Shown here one piece after another: positions 38,170 to 52,408 of a stretch of 64,000 nucleotides of DNA. The stretch's first letter is position 1. Each line of letters opens with the position of its first letter. Position numbers and translations under genes: made by a program. The stretch lies in NCBI RefSeq assembly GCF_009914755.1, contig NC_060928.1. One strand, given 5' to 3'. Below the pieces are notes generated by a model. The model saw nothing but the letters and a program-made list of their open reading frames with translations. It had not been told where the DNA came from and did no database searches. The DNA is from the human T2T-CHM13v2.0 reference genome, Homo sapiens.

Positions 38170-38370
38170 GTCACACCAGCAGCTCACCCCTCTCCATGCT
38201 GAGCAGGACCCCGTGGCGCCGTCACACCAGCAGCTCACCCCTCTCCATGCTGAGCAGGACCCCGTGGCGCCGTCACACCAGCAGCTCACCCCTCTCCATG
38301 CTGAGCAGGACCCTGTGGCGCCGTCACACCAGCAGCTCACCCCTCTCCATGCTGAGCAGGACCCCGTGGC
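38170..38370. repeat. 51-bp minisatellite x4 (single copy of the unit at ~1666-1712)
   Basis: gtcacaccag at 38170, 38221, 38272 and 38323. Confidence 0.95.
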
Positions 38371-38517
38371 GTGGACGCACACAGCTCCTTCGTATGTCCA
38401 GCTGTGCGTGGATCATGGGTTGTTCCTGAACACGTCTGTGTGGCCTTGCTCTTTCATTTCTCTTGGGTCAACACCTAGGAGCAGATTGCTAAACTGTGTA
38501 CGAAATTTCTATTTTGC

Positions 38518-38821
38518 TTTTTTTTTTTCTTTTTGACATGGAGTTTTGCTCTTGTTGCTCAGGCTAGAGTGCAATGGCGCGATCTCGGCTCACTGCAACC
38601 TCCGCCTCTCAAGGTTCAAGCGATTCTCCTGCCTCAGCCTCCCGAGTAGCTGGGACTACAGGTGTGTGCCACCATGCCCGGCTAATTTTGTATTTTTAGT
38701 ACAGACGGGGTTTCTCCATGTTGGTCAGACTGGTCTCCAACTCCTGACCTCAGGTGATCCGCCTGCCTCCGCCTCCGCCTCCCGAAGTGTTGGGATTACA
38801 GGTGTGAGCCACCGCACCGGC
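38518..38821 (-). mobile_element. Alu (S-like) with TSD ctattttgctttt
   Basis: Consensus match with a flanking direct repeat. Confidence 0.93.
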
Positions 38822-38848
38822 GTCTATTTTGCTTTTTAAAAGACTGCC

Positions 38849-39450
<602 letters not shown>

Positions 39451-39614
39451 TTACAACCCGGCAAGGATGACCTTGTGTCCACGTGCAGGACGGAGCACAG
39501 TCACAGGCTCGGTGACCGCAGACCCGGCTCCCACGTGCAGAATGGAGCCTCAGTGACTGTGGGTAGCACTCAGGCCAGTGGCCGGCTGGGAAGATGGTGC
39601 ATCCTGGGCCTTTC

Positions 39615-39835
39615 ACGTGTGGGTGTCCGGGTGGCGCCGTGCGTGACCCTGTGCAGCCGTGTCTGCGTGTGCGCAGGTGTCCGGGTGGCGCCATGCGTGA
39701 CCCTGTGCAGCCGTCTGCATGTGCGCAGGTGTCCGGGTAACGCCGTGCGTGACCCTGTGCAGCCGTGTCTGCGTGTGCGCAGGTGTCTGGGTGGCACCGT
39801 GTGTGACCTTGTGTAGCCGTCTGCGTGTGCGCACG
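39615..39835. repeat. 52-54-bp minisatellite x4
   Basis: ggtgtccgggtggcgccgtgcgtgaccctgtgcagccgt units. Confidence 0.9.
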
Positions 39836-41024
39836 GCTTGTACATGCCTGTGCACCTGCGTGTCTCCATGCTGAGCTGAATGGTTGGAAGAGGAGAAATT
39901 CTGGCGGTAGCATGGCCAGGTGGGGGCCACAGACTCCCTTCTGAGCTGGGTCAGCCTGGATGGGGGTTTTCCTGTCCTGCAACCCAGACCCCACCGTCCT
40001 GGCCTCCATTCTATGCACTCCATCTCAGCCTACCCCGGACCAGTGACCTGCTGCACTCCACACCTTCCTCCATCCTCCGCAGTCTCGGCCTAGCCTGGAC
40101 CGGCCACCCGCTGCTCTCCACACATAACCAGAGGCTCAGGCCCCTGACGGAGGAAGGGTGTGCAGCCAGCCAGAGGGAGGTGGACTCACTTGTCCAGGCA
40201 GGGTGGCTGGGTTTGCCACAGGCCGGGGAGAAGCGACCCAAGCTTTCAGAGTTAAGGGTCTGGGGCGGGGTCTGGGGGATTAGTTTGGAGCTTGGGTGTG
40301 ACGTGGGCGGCAGCAGGAGAGGAGGGGGCCGCACAGCACAGGGCTGAGGCTGGAGAGCCTAGAGGGAGTGTGGCCCGAGCTGCCCCCAGAGCAGGAGCAT
40401 CTGAGTTGGGGTGGCCAGACCCGGAGCCGGAATCCAGACGACCTTGATGTGAAAATCTCAGCACCTATTTAGCTTCTCATTATTTTTTAAAAGAGCTAAA
40501 AATAGTGGCGGGTGCATAGCAAACGTGCAGTCATTATTCTCTGAAAACAGGAAGAGCCTGGCGGTGAGTTCAGGGCTATGATTCAGGGCCTCCTCGAGTC
40601 TGCTGTGGGGTGGGGGCTCACCATGGTCACCTTCTCCTTCCAGGGGCCCCTGGTCCTCCACCAGCCCGACAGCCCGGAGGCCACCTTGGCCCTGCGGGGA
40701 TGGCACAGGGGCAGTGTGGAGCCCACCCTTGCTCCTAGGTCCAGGGCCCAGGGGCAGGGGCCAAGTGGAGAGGAGAGAGGAGTCCCGGGGCCGAGGGGAG
40801 GAAGGGGGTCTGGGGACTGCAGGGGCCCCCGCCCTTGGCCTTGCCCTGGCTGGGCTCTATGGCCCCCTGAAGAGCTGCCCAGAGCCGCTGCAGCCCCGGG
40901 ACCCGCTTCTCCTCTCCACTCGGCCCCTGCAACAATCCAACCACGGCAAGGTTGCTGAGGAAGCACAGCCTTGTGCCCCAGCTGGTGAACGGCACCTGGG
41001 CGAGTGGATCCACACTGGAGACAC

Positions 41025-41425
41025 AGCAGTCATCGGAAAATAGTTTAATTCTGTACAGACAACCACGGGACTGATTACAAAGTGCGGTGCAAACACCAGG
41101 GCCCATGAGCGCCAGCAGCGTGGCCCACCACGTGCCGGGGCTCCAGAGGCCACGCCCGAAACACCAAATAAATCACAGACGTGACAATTGCGGGAGGAGC
41201 ATGAATCAGCTGTTCCTTCGGGAGGAGAAAAAGGAAACAACAATCAGAGGCTTTGGAATGCTTTCTCTTCATGTGCCTGGAACGCTGGGCGGGCGGTGAC
41301 CCGGGGCTCGGAGCCCCACCCTGGCCACACCTGCTGTCGCCCACGGGGTCCTCACGGTGGGGACCCAGGTCCCACGACGGCTCCCAACCTGTGGAGCTGT
41401 GTGCGCAGCCACCACCACTGCGGCC
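41025..41425 (-). other. GAK: GAK 3' UTR (~400 nt; cleavage site approximate)
   Basis: Runs from the stop codon to just past the ATTAAA signal. Confidence 0.8.
41044..41049 (-). terminator. GAK: GAK polyadenylation signal ATTAAA
   Basis: Plus strand TTTAAT. A TGTA element lies immediately upstream and GT-rich CTGTGTCTCCAGTGTGG downstream on the minus strand. Confidence 0.8.
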
Positions 41426-41527
41426 TCAGAAGAGGGGCCGGGAGCCCTGGTTCTCAAACTCCGACCAGGCGTCATTCAGCTCCATGAAGATCATCTTGGC
41501 GTGCTGCTCGTACGGCTGCCCCGCAGC
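41426..41527 (-). CDS. GAK: GAK last coding exon: [33 protein letters not shown]
   Basis: TAG|GCT acceptor at 41528/41527; TGA at 41428-41426; 116-nt last intron. Confidence 0.97.
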   Translation of the reverse strand, partial: AAGQPYEQHAKMIFMELNDAWSEFENQGSRPLF

Positions 41528-41643
41528 CTATGGGTGACAGGCGGTGTAAGCGCCTCTTATAAGCATGCGGGGGCGGGCGGGGCAGGACCCCCCTCCGCCC
41601 CGCCCCTGAAGGCCTCAAGCGGCCGCCTGGCAGCTCTGCTCAC

Positions 41644-41820
41644 CTTGTCGGGGTGCACGGCCAGCACCGCGCGGCGATAGTGCCTCTTCACTTGCTCCGG
41701 AGCCACCAGGTCGGCCATGCCCACGGGCGTCCAGCGGCTCTCCCCGTCCCACAGCACTGTGTGCAGCGTGGACAGCAGGGCCCGGATGTTCCGCTCCTTG
41801 CCCTCAATCCAGTCCAGGAG
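41644..41820 (-). CDS. GAK: GAK exon (~27), J-domain with HPD motif: [20 protein letters not shown]...AVHPDK
   Basis: CGCAG|CTC and AAG|GTGAG; 177 nt, phase 0-0; auxilin-type J-domain. Confidence 0.97.
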
Positions 41821-42687
41821 CTGCGGGAGACACGGAGCTTGCCGAGCCCTGGGCACCTGCCTGCCCTCCTCCTCTGCACCGCGGAAACTGAGGCACGACG
41901 CTGAGGAAGTGCCTGGTCACGTGGGGTGGGCTCAGCCCGGCTCACAGACACTGTCCCACTGCACGCCCTGCCCTCAACTATATAGAGCCCACTCCGGACG
42001 ACACAGGGCCAGGTGGTCTTCATGTTTCAGGGCCTGGGGCCAGAGGGACCCTCGTCTCAGCCAGATGTTCACCGAGGACACAAACCCTGGTTCTGGTGGT
42101 GCAACCCCTTGGCCCATCCCAGGCCCCAGACTCCGAGGGAGAAGGGGATGGTCCCTGGTGCCTGTGAAAGGACCCCAAGGTCACAGGCGCATGTGGCCTG
42201 CAGAGCTGGGCATCGGCCAAGCCACAGAGCAGGGCGTGTCTCAGGGCCGGCACAGTGACAGCCTGACCGCTGCATCCTCACCCCCCAGTGAGCGTCCTGG
42301 GTTGGGAGGCTCAGTACCCAGAGCAGCCCCCAAGAGACGCCTGCCCTCAACAGTCTCTGCAAACACCCCGGGGCACTCACTCCTGTAACGCCCGCCCACC
42401 CCACCCCCACCAGCGCTGAGCCATCTGGGCACGTGGGGAGCAGCACAGCCTGGGGCCTGACTCTGCCCTGCCCCCCTGGCCTCAGGCCACCCTGTCCTTG
42501 AGGGCTGCCAGGCCCATCGGCAGTGACAGGTCCCTGTCTGGAGACGCCGGCTCCATGTGGTACAGCAGATGCTCCAGGGGTGAAAGGTTGCTGTCTGGAG
42601 ACGCCGGCTCCATAAGGCACAGCAGATGCTCCAGGGGCCATGGGTTGAGGCCTCTGGGCTCCCAGGAAGAGCTGCCCACCCACCCAC

Positions 42688-42836
42688 CTTCAGCTTGAGT
42701 GGGTCCGTGTCTTTAGCCAGGTCCTGCTTCCTCATCTCTGCAATGGTCTTTGGCCCTTTCTTGTCAGACCTGGAGGAGAAGCCTTGATTGGACAACAGAT
42801 CTTCAAAGTCGTTCTCAGAGACTTTTGGCTTTTGAG
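42688..42836 (-). CDS. GAK: GAK exon (~26): QKPKVSENDFEDLLSNQGF...DPLKLK
   Basis: TTTTCTAG|CT and AAG|GTGGGT; 149 nt, phase 1 to 0. Confidence 0.95.
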
Positions 42837-42840
42837 CTAG

Positions 42841-43147
<307 letters not shown>

Positions 43148-43501
43148 AAGAACAGAAACTTTCTGCAGAGACACACAGGCCCAATTCCACCTGCTGCCCC
43201 CGGGAACAGGGCTACCATCCTGATGCCTCCAGAGTAAAGAAGAGGGAAGACAAGACAGGGTTGCAAAGGCCATTTGTTAAAAACAGGTCAAGAAGGTGTC
43301 ACTGGAACAAGAGGGACCCAGAGGCCTGACCCAGAGAGAGACCAGTGAACACACATCGGAAACCGCGTCGTTCTCTGAGTGGCTTGGCCGTGCCTGTCCC
43401 AGGACTGGGCTCTGAGATGAAGAAAACAACATAGGTTCTACCTTTAGCCAATTCAGGGAGGTCTCTGCAAACTCCACAGCAACAGAGAGTGGGGGACTCA
43501 C

Positions 43502-43726
43502 CAAAGCTGGGTGCGCGGACCCCCCGCTCCTCCCGCGCCCCGATCACACTGAAGTTCGAGGCATAGTTAGGCCTTGGCTGTGTGCAGGCTTTGGGGGGCG
43601 GCTTGGCCTGAGGGGGCCATGAGGCGCCCTGGGCTGGCGGCCGACTTGTCTGCCAGGAGCTGCTGCCTTTGGGCGTGGTGGCCGTTTTGGGAATGAAGCC
43701 CCCAGGAGGGAATCCAGCTGGTGAGC
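43502..43726 (-). CDS. GAK: GAK exon (~25): SPAGFPPGGFIPK...PNYASNFSVIGAREERGVRAPSF
   Basis: CCACAG|GC and G|GTGAGT; 225 nt, phase 1-1. Confidence 0.95.
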
Positions 43727-44189
43727 CTGTGGAGACGGAGATCGGAAACTCGGCATCTGGTTGTCCATGAGGGGCAACTACTGTTTCTATAACGCAGAGC
43801 ACCACGTATATTGGAAAACATGCGCTTGCAAAATAGAACACCGATCACTCGAGGCCGTCCAGAGGTGCCGGCTCCACCCACACGTGTGAAGGTCTCCAGG
43901 GGCTGGAGCACAGGCCAGGTGCTGGGGCGACGGGAACACTCTGGATGGAGGGCAGACACCAGGACAGGGCAGCTGTGGAGGCAGCACCCCACCCCCAGGA
44001 GCCAAGGCAGACCCAGGGCTTGTCCACGGGGGTTGGGGCAGTGTCCCCACGTCACCCCCAGGAGCCAAGGCAGACCCGGGGCTTGTCCACGGGGGTTGGG
44101 GCAGTGTCCCCACGTCTGTAGCGTCCTAGAGGGCCACCACCATCTGTCACGTGGCCACTGCCTCTCGCAGCACATCAAATCAGGGCTGA

Positions 44190-44399
<210 letters not shown>

Positions 44400-45867
44400 T
44401 AGCCAGGATGGTCTCCATCTCCTGACCTCGTGATCTGCCCACCTCGGCCTCCCAAAGTGCTGGGATTACAGGCGTGAGCCACCGTGCCTGGCCCGATCCT
44501 TTAACTTTTTATTTTGGAATAATCAGAATAGCAGGAAGCTGTAAATACCCTGAGCACCTGCGCCCAGCATCCCCCAGGGAGGGCGTCTCTCATAACCTCA
44601 GAGAAGCACTGAGCCCGGGCAGCCGCGCCACCTACAGATGCACCAGACGTGGCCAGCTGGACTCGTGTGTGTGAGTGCGGGGCCGCGCCACTGACCGCAC
44701 CACGGATTCCTCTCAGCACCACAGCAATCACGACCTGAATGCTTCACTACAGTTCTGTCATCTTTTTTTTTTTTTTGGAGATGGTCTCACTATGGCTGGT
44801 CTCAAACTCCTAGGCTTAAGAGACCCGCTGGCCTCACCTCCCACAGGGCTGGGATGGTAGGTGTGAGCCACCATGCCCAGACTGTCATCTTAGTTATGTT
44901 CTAGAAGGGGACCAACAGCTGCAGCCTCTGGACTGGCACTCTTCACTAGGGCTCGGGGCATCCGCCACTCCCCCTCCCTGCCAAGGGCCATCTCGTGGTG
45001 TGCAGACCACCTATTGAACCGTTCACCTGTAGGACACCTGGGTTGATGCCACTGTTTGGCTAGAACAGACACGTCTCTGAACGCCTGTTACGGACTTGTG
45101 TGTGAATGAGAGTTTCCGTTTCTCTGGGATAAATGTCCCACGGTAGCTCAGTAGCTGTGTGTTTAGCTTCGTAGGAAACCGACCACCTGTTCTCCAGAGC
45201 GGCCCTGCCACTTGTCACTCCCTGGGAATGCCTGAGAGACACGGCTCAACCCTGGCAATGCATGAGACACAGCTCGCCCCCGGGGCAATGCGCGAGACAC
45301 GCGGCTCGTCCCCCCGGCAAGGCGTGAGGCACGCGGCTCGTCCCCCGGCAAGTCCCCCCGGCAAGGCATGAGGCACGCAGCTCGCCCCCCGGGCAATGCG
45401 TGAGACACACGCTCCAGCCTCCTCCGCGTTCGGGCCTCCTCCGCGCTCCGGCCTCCTCCGCGCCAGCATTCGGTGATGCTGGGTGTCTCAGCCTGTGCTT
45501 CCTGGCCATCGGATGTCAATGTGCTGGAGGTCTCTTCATGTCTCTTGCCCATTTTCTTTTTTTTTTTTGAGACAGAGTCTTGCTCTGTCGCCCAGGCTGG
45601 AGTGCAGTGGCAAGATCTCGGCTGACGCAACCTCCGCCTCCCGGGTTCCAGCGATTCTCCTGCCTCAACCTCCCGAGTAGCTGGGATTACAGGCCTGTGC
45701 CACCACGTCCAGCTAATTTTTGTATTTTTAGTAGAGACAGGGTTTCTCCATGTTGGTCAGGCTGGTCGCGAACTCCCGACCTCAGGTGATCCGCCCGCCT
45801 CAGCCTCCCAAAGTGCTGGGATTACAGGCATGAGCCACCATGCCCGGCCGTCTCTCGCCCATTTTCT

Positions 45868-46014
45868 TTCTTTTTTTTTTTTTTTTAATTGATCATTCTT
45901 GGGTGTTTCTCGCAGAGGGGGATTTGGCAGGGTCACAGGACAATAGTGGAGGGAAGGTCAGCAGATAAACAAGTGAACAAAGGTCTCTGGTTTTCGTAGG
46001 CAGAGGACCCTGCG
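45868..46014 (-). mobile_element. Severely 5'-truncated SVA (SINE-R 3' end + poly(A)) with 16-bp TSD
   Basis: Minus strand CGCAGGGTCCTCTGCCTACGAAAACCAGAGACCTTTGTTCACTTGTTTATCTGCTGACC...GAGAAACACCCAAGAATGATCAATTAAAA; TSD ctctcgcccattttct at 45852-45867 and 46015-46030. Confidence 0.9.
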
Positions 46015-46634
46015 CTCTCGCCCATTTTCTAACTGGATTGCTTTCAGTTTGTTTTTGACTGTATTTTTATATTCTGTAGATGAGTCCTTTGTCAAATAGG
46101 TGGTTTGGAAATATCTTCTCCCAGTCCGCAGCTCAGATGCTCAGAGCTCTGAAGTTGGGTCCACCTGTCCTCTTATGGGTGTGGTTTGGGTGGCGAGTCT
46201 ACGAACTCTGCCCAGCCCCAGGCCACAAAGGTTTTCACCTAAAGGCCCTGCATTCTGATGAGCTGTTCTGTAGAACGAGGGCTTAGGGCTTTGCCTACCG
46301 CTGCCCAGGTGCTCCAGACCATCTGATGAACGGGTTTTCTGCCTCTGTCAAAGCTCCGCTGGTCTCTCTTGTGTGGCCTGAGTCCTCTCTTCTCTCCACA
46401 GACGCGTCTGTCTGCCATCGCCGCAATGTTGATTTGTGGCTTCAGAGTAAGCCTCAAAGCCAGGAACAGTGACTTCTCCCATTTCATTTTTCCATTACAA
46501 AAATATTCCAGGCATGGCTGGGTGCGGTGGCTCACGCCTATAATCCCAGCACTTTGGGAGGCCGAGGCGGGCGGATCACGAGGTCAGGAGATCAAGACCA
46601 TCCTGACTAACACGGTGAAACCCCATCTCTACTA

Positions 46635-46748
<114 letters not shown>

Positions 46749-47487
46749 TCAGGCCACTGCACTCCAGCCTGGGCGACAGAGCGAGGCTCCATCTCAAAAA
46801 AATAAACTATTCCAGGCATCTAGTCCATCTGTCTTTCAAATACACTGTACAGTAAGCTCATTTGTATCTAGGAAAATCCCTGCTGAGGCGTTGGTAGGAA
46901 CTGCGTTAGGCTACAGATGCACACAGGAGAACGGCCACCTTACTCGGGAGCCTCCAGGCCGTGAGTGCAGCGTCCATCCCTTCACTCGCATCTCCTCTGG
47001 TCTCTTTCGCCACGGTTGGTTTTGTAGTCCCACCACACAAGCCCTAGACATGTCTGGTCAGATTTATACCTAAATGTTTATTTTTTCTAAAAAAAAAAAA
47101 GGTGATTGTAAATGGTACTGTTTTAAATGTTGGCTTCCTTATATAATTGCAAGTAAACAGAAATAGGACAGATTTTTGTGTGTTGACCTGGTATCCTGCG
47201 ACCTTACTGAACTCATAGTTCTAAAAGATCTTTGTAGATTGCTTCAGAGTCCCTGCGCAGACAATCGTGTCATCTGCAGACAGGAGTAATTTTATTTCTC
47301 CCTTTGTAGTGCGTGTAACTTTGATCTCCTTTTCTTGCCAAATGGCAGCAGCTGGGACTTCCGACAAGTACAAGTGGAGAAAAGACACTCCTGCCCTGTT
47401 CCTGATTTTAGGAGGATGGTTAAAAATGATATTGGCTTGGCCAGGCAGGGTGGCTCATACCTGTAATCCCAGCACTTTGGGAGGTCA

Positions 47488-48500
<1,013 letters not shown>

Positions 48501-48784
48501 GCTAATTCTTATAGGGGTCTCACTATATTGCTCAAGCTGGTTTCAAACTCCTGGGTTCAGGAAATCCTCCCACGTTGGCCTCCCAGAGCACTGGGGTTAC
48601 GGTGTGAGCCACTCCGCCTGGCCTGGCTGTGGGTCTCTAGACATGCTTGTTACCAAGCTGACGACGTTCTGCTCATGACTGGCTGACAGTGCTGCCATAA
48701 AAGGTGCTGACTTTCTGAATTTTGTTAAATGCCTTTTCTGCCTTGTTGATGTGACCACATGGCTCTTCAGCCAGTTAATATGAT

Positions 48785-48866
48785 ATCAGATTAGTGCAAA
48801 AGTAATTACGGTTTTTGTGATTACTTTCAATGGCAAAACCACAATTACTTTCGCAGCAACCTAAAT
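48785..48866. mobile_element. MADE1 mariner-derived MITE (palindromic)
   Basis: tagtgcaaaagtaattacggtttttg...caaaaccacaattactttcgcagcaacctaa forms an ~80-bp inverted repeat. Confidence 0.88.
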
Positions 48867-51354
48867 AGATTTTGTTAACAATTCTGAAATGTCAGCCTTG
48901 GATTCCTGGAATAAATCTTACTTGATCTTGGTGTAGAATTCTCTTTATATACCGATAAATCCTATTTGCTGAAGTTTGGTTGAGGATCTGTGTGTATATT
49001 CATGGGGAATATAGTCCCAGTTTCCCTTTCCGGTGCTGTTTCTGTCTGATTTTGGTATCAGGGTGATAGTATGAGCTTCGTAAAATCAATTAGAAAGTGC
49101 TCCGTCTCTCCTGCTTCCTGTGAGAGGGTGGAATTGGCATTCTCTTTCAACATTCGGTGAAATTCTCCAGTGGCCCAGGTGGGTCCGCAGGTTTCCTTTT
49201 TGGGAAGTTTTTAATTATAAATTTATTTTCTTTGTATTTATAGAATTTTTCAAAGGATCTACTTGATATTGGGTAAGTTGTGGCAGGAACTGGTTTTGAG
49301 GAATTTATCAATTTCACGTAAGTCGTCAAGCATACTGCACAGAGGCGCCTGCACCCGTGACCCTCGTAGAGCCTGCGGGGTCTGCAGTGGTGCCTCCTGC
49401 ACCATCCCCCATATCGATGACCTGGGTCACTCTTCCCAGCAGCCCCGGGAGAGGTCTGTGGGCTTCAGAACTGGCCTCTGTCCCTGTGTTCCACTGCACT
49501 GCCCGTGGCTCCTCATTCTTTCTTTCCTTCCGCTTGCTGTAGGCTTATTTCGCTCCCTTTTTTTCCCCCCAAATGTCTTGTGCAGAGAGCTCAGGTTACT
49601 GCTGGGGCATTCCAGCTTTTCCACAGCAAGCCCCCACGGCTGCGGGTGTCTCCACACTGCCTGATGGGGCCCTGGGCTTTCCTAGGCTGCACTTGCATCT
49701 TCACTCAGCTCCACGCATCGTCTCCCTTGAGACCTCCTCTCTGGCCCAGGTGTCGTTTGAAAGTGTGCTGTTTTGTTCCCAAGTGTGAAGATTCTTCCGT
49801 TCTATTTCATTGTGGTCAGACGGCATGCTGCAGAATCCTAGTTCTCTGAGGACAGGGCCTGTGTGGAGGAGGCTCCCACGGTGCATGGAAAGGTCCGTGC
49901 CTGCAGCTGGTGGGCCCTGCTGGCTGGCGCCTCTGCCCTTCTACATCCTTGCAGCCTTCAGTACAGCTGCTCCGTCATGTGTCGGGACAGCAGTGCTGAC
50001 GTCGCCAGCTATGATTTGGGTTTGTCTATTTTTTCCTTCAGTTGTATCGGCTTTGCTCTTCCAGAATTGCTGTCTTCCTAGAAGGCAGGATGGTTTCAGG
50101 CCGCCCACCGAGCCAGCAGGCGGAGGGCTGGGGCTGTGTCTGGGACACAAACGGCGGGGATCCCTGGGAGTCCACTCCTTCTGCCCCAGTGCCGGCTGCC
50201 CAGGGCAGTCAAGGCACACGCAGGTCTCCTCCCGAGGGCACGGCCCTCGCAACCCCACCGTGCTCTCAGACAACACAAGACAGAGGCCACAAAGGGAAAT
50301 AAAATACAAAACCACACCGACAGAAACGCTCATGGATGTCCTCAAGACATAGTAAATCCCCAAAACCTCCTGAAACATAAAAAGAACATTCAAAGACGAA
50401 AAAACTCTTGGGACTTCATGACAGAACAGAAGGCACTTCAGATGTGAGCTCGCAAGAGCAGAGTGAGGACTCAAAGCCAGCCCGGGAGAGAGTGAGGACT
50501 CGAAGCCAGCCCTAGAGATCCAACGCCGACACCTGCTCACAGGAATTTGAGGCACTCAGGGAAGGACAGGAGAAACGATGAGGAGACGGGAAATGCTCCC
50601 GGAGCTGAGCAGGAGCAGATGCCATAGCCTGGGGCTGCATGCTGGAGCGTCCGGGGGTCACCGGCACCAACAAGCATCCCAAGGTGGAGCCACTTCCCAC
50701 CCAGCATTCCACCCGACGGCCAGGCAAGTGCAAGGGAGGCCCCTTCAGATGATCATCCCCCCGCCGCCGCCGCTTCTTCTGAGAAGCCACAGGGACCCCA
50801 GGGGGATGCATCTTGGGAGTGAACCCAGAGACCCAGGGGCATCAGGTCAGCCCAAGGAGACTTGAAGCCACAGCGCCCGGGGCCGGGCCTGAGGCAGACG
50901 TGGGACCGGAGACTCAGACCACAGCGCCCGGGCCGGGCCTGAGGCAGACGCAGGACTGGAGAGGGTGGGCTCGGTTCTTGTGGCCGACAGCTAGCACGCT
51001 CCGAGCACAGCCTCGGGGACTGAGCAGAGCCCAGCTACACCCCACTTCCATGCAGAGACCCCGCCTCCCCGATGGCCCCCATGGCCCTGAGGACAGGATG
51101 GATCACGCACCACAATGCCGGTGGGGGCTGGCAGCAGTGCCAGTGTCAGCAACTCCCGGTTTTAGCTTGCCAGTTGGCAGTCGCCTGGAACAGGTGCAGA
51201 CACGCTGTCCCCTTGGGCTCACTGTGCTCTGGGCTTGGGGGTCTTAGTGAACAGAGGCAAAGACTTCACTTTGGGCAGCTCAGAGTCAGATAGACGAGAA
51301 TAAACCTCCTACAAGGAAACAGCTTCCACACCCCCAAAGTGCCCTCCACGTTAC

Positions 51355-51471
51355 CTTGGAGGCCGGAGCTGAGGTCGCCAAGGTCAGCAAATGGGTCCGG
51401 GTTCTGAGACTTGGTCCAGCTGGCCTGAGAGCCACAAGGGGCCGGCTGACCTCCAGGAGAGAAGAGGGGGC
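51355..51471 (-). CDS. GAK: GAK exon (~24): PLFSPGGQPAPCG...DPFADLGDLSSGLQ
   Basis: CTTCTCCAG|G and G|GTAAC; 117 nt, phase 1-1; DPFADL motif shared with auxilin. Confidence 0.93.
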
Positions 51472-51844
51472 CTGGAGAAGGGGCACAGGGCATTAGAACA
51501 AGCACCATCTGAAGCGAAACACATCCTCCTGGGACCTCCGATGGCGCCTCCTTACGACATGACAGCCTCACTCCTGCCTGAGAGCTGGCACCTGCATGGC
51601 TTGCGTGCACGAGACCAGCCAGGACAGAGGTGTGTGTGGCGGACGCTGCCTCCATGCCCCATGCTGCTCCTCAGGGAAAACAGCTTCACAGCTCACACCC
51701 AGAACCAAACCATGCTCATATCATTATGATTATGATTCTGCAGTACCACTTTCTGGAATCTATCTAAAATGTGAATGCTCTTCAGGATACTCTTTATAAT
51801 AGCATAAATTTGAGAATATCCTAAGTATAAAATCATAAAATACA

Positions 51845-52109
51845 GGCTGGGCAACATAGAAATACCCTGTCTCTACAAAAAATAAAAAAATCATCCAGGC
51901 ACGGTGGTTCATGCATGTGGTCCCAGCTACCCAGGGGGGCTGCGGTGGGAGGATCGCTCCAGCCCAGGGGTTGACGGCCCCAGCTACCCAGGGGGGCTGC
52001 GGTGGGAGGATCGCTCCAGCCCAGGGGTTGACGGCTGCAGTGAGCCAAAATGATGCCACTGCACTCAGCCCCAGTGACAGAATGACACTCTGTCTCAAAA
52101 AAAAAAAAA
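51845..52109 (+). mobile_element. Partial Alu with internal ~57-bp tandem duplication
   Basis: cccagctacccaggggggctgcggtgggaggatcgctccagcccaggggttgacggc occurs twice. Confidence 0.85.
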
Positions 52110-52408
52110 CCGTGGTAGAGCTACTTGATAGAGTGCCATGCAGTCATTAAAACCAGGCTCTTCATGTATAAAGAGCCCTCGTGGATCTATTTGAGGAAAA
52201 AGATGAATTCCTGAGGCCAAAAAATAAGCAAAGAACATGAAATGATTCTCAAAAGAAATACACGTAACCAAAACCACTCAAACTAAGAGTCAACCTCATT
52301 CATAAGAAAGAAATCAAACTGGCGAGACACCTTCACAGTGATCATCCAACCAGGAGACAAACCGGAGACGGCAGTTGCCCCTGGGCAAAGACGTCCTGAA
52401 GCGCACTT

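Noticed and set aside
41528-41643. TTATAA plus GC boxes in the 116-nt last GAK intron as an antisense promoter or mirtron
   Set aside because: G-runs are common splicing enhancers in short GC-rich introns, and I see no end-to-end hairpin.
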